From: Eledone cirrhosa
Taxonomy: Eukaryota
DNA length: 64,000 nucleotides
Assembly: GCA_964016885.1 (NCBI GenBank)
Contig: OZ024741.1
Span: 16,616,001-16,680,000 of the forward strand
Direction of reading: 5' to 3'
The notes below the pieces were generated by a model that was not told where the DNA came from, ran no database searches, and saw nothing but the letters and a program-made list of their open reading frames with translations. Both the position numbers and the translations under genes were made by a program. Positions 49,769 to 60,802 of this stretch are shown one piece after another. Positions within the stretch are counted from its first letter, which is position 1. Every line of letters starts with the position of its first letter.

Positions 49769-52381
49769 ATGCTTCAAGCAAACTTCAATACTCTCTTATC
49801 CTTACACCTGAGCCAGGAATTGTTTGCATCCGTAATGGAACTGTTTAGACTGTCGGAGAAATGGGCCAACGCTGGCTGCCAAATTATTTTCCTGAAACGC
49901 TGCCTAAAAAACGATGTCATCCCCAACACCATCAGGAACATCCGCTTACCAGTAAGCCTACGTACACCAGCTTTCCAAAACACCACTAACCGCATACATC
50001 GCACGTGTATTAAACAGATCCTGAGACATCTCAACCGCCAATTACACATTGCGGACACTCTCAGAGCGGACACTCTCAGAGCGGACACACCGACTGTCAA
50101 CAGCACCCGGGGACTTGCTCCTGAAAATCACTAAAGCAACCGACCAGTGCTACCACTCCAGAGTCCAATACGAGAAAAAACGACTCAAGCGAAAATATGA
50201 GTGGATCTTGTCGAAACGCCACAACGAGAACATCGACACTAACGAACAGACGGACCAGAACCACGTGGAAAACAACAACTTAACAACCGCCACCGCCGCT
50301 ACCACCAACACCGAGCCATACCTCAACGATGCGACGCACCTGGTTACCGACCTAACCGGCACTCTCACGAGCGACGAGCTGAAACTCCTACACCTCGGAC
50401 CTAAGTTCATCGTCACACAACGTCTCGACGACAGACTCAAACTCAACATCGAGGCCAACTTTTGTCGAGCCGCTTACCAACTTAAATGGGTGACCGCTAT
50501 CAACAGCGCCACAGATAATAACAGCGCCGACACAACCCACCCCAAGTTCCCCACTTACCACCCCGACAACCCACTCCACCCCCCACCCACCAACCACGAA
50601 CTCGACACCAAACTTATCAGGCTAAAACACTCCATCTCGGATATACTTCACAAACACACACACACAACACATAACCTCACCAAATCTCAACTCACCACTC
50701 TCTCCAACCTAAAATCGAAGAACCTCATCTATCTCACCTCCGACAAGGGAAAAGAATTCTGCGTCATCAGCAGAGAGGCCTACAACACCTTGACGATGAC
50801 AACCTCTACTCCAAGGTCACGGGAATCACTCCCGTGCAGATAGAAGAACGCATCAACTCTGCCTGGACCAACATCTGCGACCGGCGGAAGCTCCCGAAGA
50901 AGCTGAGATACAACCTCCTCACGAGGAACAGCAGACTACCCGCCTTCTACCACCTCGTGAAAACACACAAACAGGGACCCGACCTGAAAATCAGGCCCAT
51001 CGTATCGTGCGTGGAGGGACCACTCTACAAAATTTCATGGCTCCTAGCCAGAATACTCAAACCCATCTTAGACACCTTGCCGGGACACGTTAACAGCTCC
51101 GAGGAGGTGTTGAAGCGCCTGCATCAAATGGATCCCGACACCAGAAGGAATAACAGATATGCCTTCAGCCTTGATGTAGTCGCTCTCTACACCTCGGTCC
51201 CGGCACTCCCGGCCGTCAATATACTAATGGAACGCGTCCAATCCACCGACCTACACGGCTTCGGGCTCACCACCACTGACATCCACCAACTCCTATCCAT
51301 CGTCGTCGACAACACCTACTTCGGATTCCTTGACCAAACATACCAACAAACCTCGGGATTGCCCATGGGATCAAGTCTATCAGGTGTGCTAGCCATCTCC
51401 TACATGGACAACCTCGAACGAAAGGCCCTCAACGCCTGCCACCCCAATGCCGTAGCCTTTTTCTCAAGATACGTGGACGATATCCTCATCCTCACATCTT
51501 CCCAAGACACGGCGAACAGAATCTATGAGACGTTCAACAACACGGACGAGAACATTGACTTCAGTGTTGAACACCCCAACGAAGACGGGTCACTTGCCCT
51601 CCTCGACTTCCGAATCAACATCACGGAACAAGGAGGGATCCACTGCAACTTCTACAGAAAGGCAGCCTGCAGGGACCTATTCGTTCACTACAAGTCCGCT
51701 CTCCCTAACAGTGCCAAAAGAGGATAGATCACGAACGAGATCACGCGAATCAAAAACAGATGCAGCGATCCCGCCAGTGGTGTCACTCATACCAAGCAAT
51801 TCCTCGAGGTGCTGGAGACGAATGGGTACCCTACCTCGATCACAGACAGAATAGGAGACACCAGACGCAAGAGACAGAGAGAGACCCAAGGCAAGTGCTT
51901 CCTTAAAATGCCACACCTGGGCGAGAAAACCACCAACGCTATCCGCAAGGCTATATGGAGGGAGGGCCTCGACATCCACCTGGCCCACTCGGGCCCCTCC
52001 CTGCGAAGATGCCTCTCCAGGAAACCTGAAAAATCTACTGACGCATGCTCCCTCAGAGACTGCCCGATACGCCATGCTAACTGTTGCCTACGCACATACG
52101 TCGTGTATAAGATAGAATGTGACAGGTGCAACCAATACTACATAGGTAGCACAATTCGACCTTTGCACATCCGGATCAAGGAACACATTAAAACCAGGGC
52201 CTCATCTTTCCGGAAACACAGAGACAAATGCGGAAACAAAGACGGAAGGCCCATTGTCACAATTCTAGCGACTGAAAGAAACGTCGGCACGTTACGTATT
52301 AAGGAAGCGCTTCTTATCAAACAACTGCAACCGCAAATAAACAACCGATTAGAGAGAAGCGAAATGAAATGGCTGGTTTAA
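49769..52381 (+). pseudogene. PLE-4 RT + GIY-YIG with frameshifts and a stop
   Basis: SDKGK, KTHK..IRPIVS, FSLDVVALYTSVP, GLPMGS, RYVDDIL, VVYKIECDRC..YYIGST..RIKEH, EALLI..IN. Confidence 0.92.
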
Positions 52382-52770
52382 GTTAACAAGCAATGCAACA
52401 ACACACAACACACGCAAACAAGACAACTACACACACACACGCACACACACACACACACAGTAGCATTCCACCATACGAACATACTACACTGCCAATACAG
52501 ATGAACAAGGCAACAACACACGCACACACACACACACACTCAAGTGAGACAACAACACACGCACAGTAACATTTAACAAACAGGCAGAGAATGGACTGAC
52601 AGCTAGCGCCATCCCACTCCCTCATTCGGCCGCTGAACTCTGTACGACCGACCCCATTTCACGCGCACGCGCGCTCGGCCGAATACCTCAGATATTCAAA
52701 TCAACAAACAGCGAAAGACGCGTTCCGAGTTGTCCGACAGACAACCTTTTCCCCCACCCCGGAAAAAAAC

Positions 52771-52806
52771 CCCCAGTTGATGGATATGAATCCGAAATAT
52801 ATAGGG
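52771..52806 (+). ncRNA. Degenerate minimal hammerhead (core CTGATGA mutated to CAGTTGA)
   Basis: CCC-cagttga-t-GGA-tatgaa-TCC-GAAA-TATA-TA-GGG at the position expected in a PLE 3' end. Confidence 0.45.
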
Positions 52807-53045
52807 ACTATTAAATCTCTCCCAAGGTAACTCTCTTTCTCTTGTGTTGTTATTATTATTTTTATTCTTTTACTCTTCCCTTCATTCTACACATCTCACA
52901 CATTTTATACACACCACGCATCTCAACGTACACCCACTTACATATCTCTCTCTCCACCACCGGACCTTGTTACCCGGAGATTTACCCATTTGCATTGTCG
53001 AGGCTTCCAAACGACTTATAAATATATATATATATATATATATAA

Positions 53046-53130
53046 AATATATACGTGGGAAAGTAAAAAATCGGAGAATAGACCGTTAAAACATGTTTAT
53101 TTAAAATATCACCTACGTATGTTTCGCCCA
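53046..53130 (-). mobile_element. PLE pLTR micro-fragment with the 3' half of a hammerhead
   Basis: Minus strand reads GGGC-GAAA-CATACG-TA-GGTG...AATAAA. Confidence 0.45.
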
Positions 53131-53134
53131 TATA

Positions 53135-53168
53135 TATTTTGTGGGCACTTGCTGCTACTTATTGCACC

Positions 53169-53169
<1 letters not shown>
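53135..53169 (-). mobile_element. 35-bp internal piece of the RTE-B ORF in TA repeat
   Basis: Exact reverse complement of 58746-58780. Confidence 0.85.
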
Positions 53170-53203
<34 letters not shown>

Positions 53204-53271
53204 ATATATTATATATATATATATTATATATATATATATTATATATATATATATTATATATATTATATATA

Positions 53272-53317
<46 letters not shown>

Positions 53318-53335
53318 CGAGGGAAAAGTGGTAAG

Positions 53336-53459
53336 GAACCAGGTGGACCATAACGCACCAAAGTACTCAATACTTAGGGTAGTAGAGTGGGTAATAGGAG
53401 TAAGTAAGACCCCGACGGCTGAGCTCAAGCCGTTTCGACGGGGTCTTCCTTACTCCTAT
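53336..53459 (-). mobile_element. PLE pLTR-like fragment with a long hairpin (core-deleted hammerhead)
   Basis: Hairpin at 53394-53459 containing GAAAC-GGCT..AGCC-GTC. Downstream GTATTGAGTAC is also found after the PLE-1 hammerhead. Confidence 0.5.
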
Positions 53460-53471
53460 ATATATATATAT

Positions 53472-53505
<34 letters not shown>

Positions 53506-53582
53506 ACATTATATATATATATATATATTATATATATATATATTATATATATATATTATATATATATATTATATATATATAT

Positions 53583-53645
<63 letters not shown>

Positions 53646-53733
53646 ATATATATATATATATTATATATATTTATATATATTATATATATATATATATATC
53701 ATATATATATATATTATATATATATATATTATA

Positions 53734-54058
53734 TAGTGTTAGTCGAAGGTAGTATAATAAGTAAGGCAATCAAAGATATGAAGGCGGGTAAGGCGGCTGG
53801 GCCTTCGGAAATAGTTGCTGAGATGCTGAAAGCCTCTGGAACGGTGGGACACACCATGGTCTCCCGGATAGTAAACCAAGTCATACAGAATGGGGTTGTT
53901 CCGAAGGACTGGCGTAGCAGCATCATCATTAACTGTTAAAATGGTAAAGGAGATGCCCTAGATAGGGGTAACTATAGAGGCATTAAATTAATCGACCAGG
54001 TCATGAAGGTCACGGAAAAAGTAATAGCGCAACTGATGTTGATGATGATGATGATGAT
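53734..54058 (+). mobile_element. RTE-B internal fragment joined directly to a (GAT)n tail
   Basis: Matches 57735-58035 (VLVEGSII..KVIAQL), then GTTGATGATG.. like the RTE-B terminus at 59773. Confidence 0.88.
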
Positions 54059-54095
54059 ATGTATATATATATATGTGTGTATGTGTATATATGTA

Positions 54096-54176
<81 letters not shown>

Positions 54177-54233
54177 ATATATATGTATATATATATATAT
54201 ATGTGTATGTATGCGTATGTATGTATGTGTATA

Positions 54234-54274
<41 letters not shown>

Positions 54275-54585
54275 GTGTATATGTGTGTATATGTGTATAT
54301 ATGTATATGTGTGTGTGTATATATGTGTGTGTGTATATGTGTGTATATATATGTGTGTATATGTATATATTTATATATATGTGTATGTATGTGTGTGTGT
54401 GTATGTATGTGTGTATATATATGTGTGTATATATGTATGTGTGTATGTATGTGTATATATATATGTATATGTATGTGTATATATATGTATATATATATAT
54501 TTATATGTATGTGTATATATATGTATATATATATATGTATATATATATATACATGTATATATGTGTGTATATGTATATATGTGTA

Positions 54586-54646
<61 letters not shown>

Positions 54647-54675
54647 ATATGTATATGTGTATGTGTGTATGTATA

Positions 54676-54736
<61 letters not shown>

Positions 54737-54765
54737 ATGTATATATGTGTGTGTATGTGTATATG

Positions 54766-54796
<31 letters not shown>

Positions 54797-54875
54797 ATAT
54801 GTGTGTGTGTATATATATATATATATATAGAGAGAGATGCGTGTGCGTATATGTGTGTGTGTGTGTGTGTGTGTA

Positions 54876-54916
<41 letters not shown>

Positions 54917-55004
54917 GTATGTGTATATGTATGTGTATGTGTGTATTTATATATGTATGTGTGTGAGTGTGTGTATGTGTGTGTGTATATATATATATAT
55001 ATAT
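54059..55004 (+). repeat. Compound TA/TG microsatellite homologous to the PLE-1 3' UTR at 63258-64000
   Basis: Same ordered landmarks: GTATGTATGCGTATG, TATATTTATATATATGTG, TACATGTATATATGTGTG, AGAGAGAGATG. Confidence 0.75.
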
Positions 55005-55283
55005 ACACATCCGGGAGAGATGACCCCTTAGCCTTTGTCAAGGCAGAATTCTAGGAGAAGGAAAACTCTGATATAACACCTGCAACCCTGATTGTATCCA
55101 ATGATGTTGACTTGTTCTTCTTTTTGGTAAATATCATCTTGGTTAAGAGAGTGGGACTGGCTTTGTGCAGTGCCTTTGCTCACTATAAAAGCTTCATGGC
55201 ACAGGCATTGCTTTATATCTGGAGATCTCTCTGCACTTGTCATCACATGGTACCATGGGCCCAGCACTATGTGTCAATAATTG

Positions 55284-55421
55284 TCACAAGTGTAGTGTTT
55301 ATACCAGAGTTTTCATGTCGCAGGCTGGACTAAAAAGTCACACTCGTTCAGCGCATCGGTAGAGGTTCTCCTACATGGATATAAAGTAGTGGCCGTACTC
55401 GAAAACAAGTTGGCAGCCACC
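55284..55421 (+). mobile_element. 3' end of a C2H2-type RTE relative
   Basis: Translates [25 protein letters not shown], like the last finger of the ORF ending at 2565. Terminal TGGCCGTACTCG..GGCAGCCACC resembles 3012-3043. Confidence 0.7.
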
Positions 55422-55510
55422 ATATATATATATATATATGTATGTGTGTGTATATGTATGTGTGTGTATATGTATGTGTATGTATATATGTATATATGTA
55501 TATATATATA

Positions 55511-55571
<61 letters not shown>

Positions 55572-55665
55572 ATATGTATATATATGTATATACATATATA
55601 TATCTCTCTCTCCCCCTTCCCCTCTCTCTCTCTCTCTTAGCTACACACACATATATATATATATA

Positions 55666-58600
55666 AGATAAATTCCCGTTCATGTTTATTCACTTTCGCC
55701 AAACAATTGCTGCTTCAATTATTCCTACTACGGTGTACCCATGTAATCGTAACGTTCACATTTTTCCTATCTACTCCACGCCACAATTTCGTACATAGTC
55801 CAAACATCCAATCTCGCAAAATCCGAAATCTGTATTTTTTTGTTATTTATTTAAGTTTAAATACGGTGTTTTTGTCGTATTGAACAGAACAAATCTTGCA
55901 GTTTTGCTTTTTGTTAATCGCTTGTTAAACATTCATAACCTTCCAGCTAGCTACACCACACCCGCCCGCCCCCACACACCACCATTCTTAATACGTGGAC
56001 CAATCATAAGCCAGAGACCCCCCCCACACGCATCACCATTATTATAAGCCAGAGACCCCCCCCCCCAACGCATCACCATTATTATTATTACGCGGACCAA
56101 TCATAAGCCAGAGGCCTATACTATCGCTTGCACGGTTGCCTTCGATATATGATGGATGGATGGACGGACTGCGGAATCCTGGAGAGTGGAAGGGAGAGAA
56201 AAATCTGGACGCTCAGAGCGAAAATGCCAAAGTTAAAGTCAAATTCACCTCGTGGACGAGAATGCGAGCACTCCTCTTTGTTTCGCCCGCGGATGGCTAA
56301 CATAACCCCATCTCCCCCCCCCGCCCCCCACCACCCCCACCCTCCAAACGCAATCCAAAACTTCAGAGTTGGTACCATAAATGTAGGCACCCTAAAGGGT
56401 CGCGCTAACGAGGTTGTAGAAATGCTTGAACGTAAGGAGGTCGATGTTTGTTGTATTCAAGAGACCAGGTGGAGGGGTGGGTCTGCTAGATTCATTGAGG
56501 GTAAAAAACGATGTTATAAGCTTTTCTGGGTGGGAAACGACGATGGGCTGGGTGGAGTAGGAATCATGGTAGCAGAAAAGTGGGCAGATAAGATAATAGA
56601 CGTGAATAGAGCGAACGACAGAATAATTAAAATACGACTTGTCCTCAATAGAACTACGGTGACAGTAATATCTGCGTACGCACCCCAATCCGGACTGCCC
56701 GGCACTATAAAAGACAGATTCTATGAGACACTGTTGCTAACTACCTCCCAAATATCTGACAGTGACTATATAATTATTGCAGGCGACCTAAATGGTCACG
56801 TTGGACAACATTGTGACGGCTACGACGAAATCCATGGAGGCTATGGGTTTGGTACTAGAAATGAGGAAGGCTCCAGAATCCTGGAATTCTGTGATGCAAA
56901 TAACCTAACTATCTGTAACACTAACTTCAAAAAACGTGACAATCACCTGATCACCTATAGATCCGGGGAACACACAAGCCAGGAAGATTATATCCTTACC
57001 AGAAGACGTGACAGAGTGTCTGTTGTAAACACTAAATCCCTCCCCCATGAAGAATGCACCTCCCAACATAGACTGATAATTAGCGACCTCATAGTCAGGA
57101 CGAGACGTACTCGACAGCAGAAGAGGACTATCCTCAGGAGAAAAATATGGAAGCTAAAGGACCCCACAGCCAAAAATAAATTTCAAAACATATTACTTGA
57201 TGCTTTCGACAGTAAGGAAGAACATTTAGAGTCGGACAATATAGAGGGACAGTGGGAATTTCTGAAAGCAAACCTGCTGTTGGCGACAGACGAAGTCTGT
57301 GGCTGGAGCAGGCCTGTAGGCAGGAGGAGAGTAACATGGTGGTGGAACAGTAAGGTGGAGGGGTCAATTAAGGCCAAAAAGCAGGCTTGGAAAGTATGGC
57401 GGGATGGGGGAAGTAGAGTAGACTATCAAGTGGCCAGGAGGGAAGCTAGGAGAGAAGTGTACTTAGCAAGAAGGGAAGCTGAGGAAAGAAAGTTCAAGCA
57501 TGTTCTACAACGCGATGACCAAAAACGTGAGGTGTTCAGGATTGCTAGGCAATGCGTCAAGGAAAACCGTGATATTGTCGGGGAGAAGTGTGTACTTAAC
57601 GATGATGGCATACTTGCCATCACCGACACTGATAAGAAGGTAGCTTGGAAGTGTCACTATGAAAGGCTACTAAATGAGGAGAATAAATGGGAGAAAGACA
57701 GTCTCCCCCATATCGACCCAATAGAGGGACCAGCAGTGTTAGTCGAGGGGAGTATAATAAGTAAGGCAATCAAGGATATGAAGACGGGTAAGGCGGCTGG
57801 GCCTTCGGAAATAGTTGCTGAGATGCTGAAGGCATCTGGCACGGTGGGACACACCATGGTCACCCGCATAGTTAACCAAGTCGTACAGAATGGGGTTGTT
57901 CAGAAGGACTGACATAGCAGCATCATCGTTAACTGTTATAAGGGTAAAGGAGACGCCCTAGATAGGAGTAACTATAGAGGCATTAAATTAATCGACCAGG
58001 TCATGAAGGTCACGGAAAAAGTAATAGCGCAACTAATCAGAGAGAGAATTGACCTAGATGAAATGCAGTTCGGGTTTGTGTCAGGCAAAAGTACCACAGA
58101 CACTCTTTTCATTGTACGACAACTACAGGAGAAGTACCTAGCTAAAGGTAAACCCCTCTACTTAGCTTTTGTCGACTTGGAGAAAGCCTTCGACAGAGTC
58201 CCTCGCTCCATTATCTGGTGGGCTCTTAGAAAACTAGGCGTTGAGGAATGGCTTGTGAGGGCTATACAAGCCATGTATAAAGAAACAGTAAGCAAGGTTA
58301 GAATTAACAACGAATATAGTGAAGAGTTTAGCGTAAAAGTTGGCGTCCATCAGGGCTCTGTTCTCAGCCCCCTACTATTTATTATTGCCCTTCAGGCTAT
58401 AACAGAGGAGTTCAAGACCGGCTGCCCATGGGAACTCCTATACGCAGACGACCTGACACTCATAGCGGAATCAATGGCCGAGCTAGAGAAGAAATTCCAA
58501 ACATGGAAGCACGGCCTAGAGTCAAAAGGACTTAAAATTAACCTGGCTAAGACCAAAGTTCTAGTTTGTAGGAAAGAAAACAAGGCGGCGGTCCCTTCTG

Positions 58601-59790
58601 GGAAATGGTCGTGCTGGGTGTGTAGGAAAGGTGTAGGTAGAAACTCCATTTTATGTCCTAAATGCAAAGTATGGGTGCATAAAAGATGTAGTGGGATCAC
58701 AGGTAAGCTAACTAAGAACATAGATTTTACATGTGGCCGGTGTTCTGGTGCAATAAGTAGCAGCAAGTGCCCACAAAATACTAGCTCTTTCAATTGCGCA
58801 GAGGGTTCTATAGAAATAGTGGACAGCTTCCGTTACCTGGGCGATAAAATCAGCAGTGGGGGAGGGTGCTCTGAAAGTACTGTAGCTAGAGTCAGAACTG
58901 GTTGGAAAAAGTTCAGAGAGCTTATACCACTATTAGCTGCTAAAGGGTTCTCCCTAAAAATGAAAGGCAGGTTGTACGATGCCTGCATACGAACAGCAAT
59001 GTTGCATGGCAGTGAGACATGGGCATTGTGTGCAGAGGATATACGCAGACTAGAGAGGAACGAAGCTTGCATGCTCCGCTGGATGTGTAACAGTAATATA
59101 CGTGAACGGCAAAGCATAAACGAACTAAGGAAAAAATTAGAGATAAGAGGGATCAGATGCTGTTTACTCAAGAGAAGGCTACGTTGGTATGGACACGTGA
59201 TGCGCATGAAAGTCGATAGCTGTATAACAAAGTGCAGGGCAATAAAGATAGACGGTAGCCACGGAATAGGCAGACCTAGAAAAACCTGGGACGAGCTGAT
59301 AAACTCCGACCTCACACACTTACACCTCTCCAAGACAATGTCACTGGACCGAGACCTTTGGCGGTACTCAGTAACAGAGAAGACCCGCCTTACCTAAATA
59401 TATAGTAAAACCTACTCCAGCCAGTAGGCATCTCTAACAAAATACACCCCGTCCCACCACCACCACCCCCACCCCATCCACACCACCCCGTCCTATGTAA
59501 AGTTATGTTGGTGCCGCGCCATCCAGGCCGAAACAAATGAGATCGTGTAGGTGTCACGACAAAAAAACACACAGTCCACGCTGTAATGTGGCCGTGTAGG
59601 CAACACGGTAAAAACCTCCCAGACCCACACTGTAAATGTGGTTGGTGTTAGGAAGGGCATCCAACTGTAGAAAACCTGCCAGACAGTCCTATGCGAGCAA
59701 GACAATCACTCTTGCCTCAAGTGGGACTACCCCCGTCCAAACCCATGCAAGCGTGGAACACGGACGTTAAACGTTGATGATGATGATGAT
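55666..59790 (+). mobile_element. Full-length RTE LINE, family B (sister of family A)
   Basis: 5' UTR with short duplications, APE + RT + PHD, 3' UTR with the shared core motif, (GAT)n tail. The 5' boundary is approximate. Confidence 0.92.
56128..59397 (+). pseudogene. RTE-B ORF with a single nonsense codon (TGG>TGA, 57910-57912)
   Basis: The two ORF-track pieces are in frame. PHD CWVC..CPKC..HKRC..CGRC at 58612-58743. The true start codon is uncertain. Confidence 0.92.
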
Positions 59791-59850
59791 ATATAAATAT
59801 ATGTATGTATGGTGTATGTGTGTGTACATATATATGTGTGTGTATGTGTG

Positions 59851-59930
59851 ACCCCACTCTCAAGAGCGTGAAATTAATAAACATTTGTTTGTTCTGCCCC
59901 TCTGTTTTGTTCCCGTTCAATTTTGCCTTA
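59851..59930 (+). mobile_element. 3' terminal fragment related to the 401-bp hammerhead repeat
   Basis: ACCCCACTCTCAAGAGCGTGAAATTAATAAACATT.. resembles 47908-47990. Confidence 0.7.
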
Positions 59931-59942
59931 TATATGTGTATA

Positions 59943-59979
<37 letters not shown>

Positions 59980-60621
59980 GTGTGTATGTATATGTATTTA
60001 TATATATATATATTTATATATATATATACATATATATGTGTGTATGTATGTGTGTGTATGTATATGTATATATATATATATAAATATATTTATATGTGTG
60101 TGTGTGTATATGTGTATGTGTATGTGTGTTTATGGGTGCGCGCGAGTGTGTGAGTGAGTGTGTTTTGTGAATGTGTCTGTTGATTTTTGGCATATAGTTG
60201 AATAGTTTAAGAGAAATTTGAAGATAATTGTGAGATATGCACTCAATATTTTGAATTTGTCTACAGAATTCTCTAAACCTTTGTCACTTAGTAGAACCTT
60301 AATGAATTTAGCTTTTAAAGAAGCTCCCTTTCCTTTAAATCTATCTACCATGACTGACCCCCCACTGATCTTATAGACACCTGTTAGCTTAAGAGAAACT
60401 TAATAATAAGGAGTGGCATGCCATCCTGAACCTGTTTATAGAATTCTGTCTGCCTTTGTTACTCTAAAAACAAAAATAAATAAAAATAAACTATAGCTTT
60501 GTAGAATTAGCTTTTAATGAATTCCCTTTTCTATCAACCAATGACCTACACCCATCCCACTCCCCACCCTCTCCTACCACTTGTAGAGACCTATAAATAC
60601 CATACTTATTTTTTGATACCC

Positions 60622-60672
60622 AGATTCCTGATGATTTCTAAAGAATGAAACAGTTCTAGTCCTGTAGAATCT
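60622..60672 (+). ncRNA. Type I hammerhead ribozyme about 130 nt upstream of the PLE-1 ATG
   Basis: AGATTC-CTGATGA-tttctaaagaat-GAAA-CAG..CTG-TA-GAATCT. Confidence 0.8.
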
Positions 60673-60802
60673 CATCTATATTAAAACTTTTATACTCTGC
60701 AATGTATTGAGTACCTTACTTACTGTGGTTACCTCCGATTCAACCCGGAATAACGTACTTTTTAGCACTCTCTGTGCCCCTTATAACCATCATCAAGAAA
60801 CC

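Larger units (their letters stand above)
49750..53020 (+). mobile_element. Penelope-like element, family 4 (Penelope/Poseidon-like), decayed
   Basis: Fragmented ORF, (CA)-rich 3' UTR, degenerate hammerhead at 52771-52806, TA flanks. Confidence 0.88.

Noticed and set aside
55005-55283. Unique-looking sequence as a possible host exon (also 31802-31965 and 33575-33720)
   Set aside because: No convincing ORF, splice pattern or homology visible; left unassigned and probably decayed repeat.
57910-57912. Programmed readthrough in RTE-B
   Set aside because: The position is Trp (KDW) in RTE-A and TGG in the 53734 fragment, so it is a point mutation.
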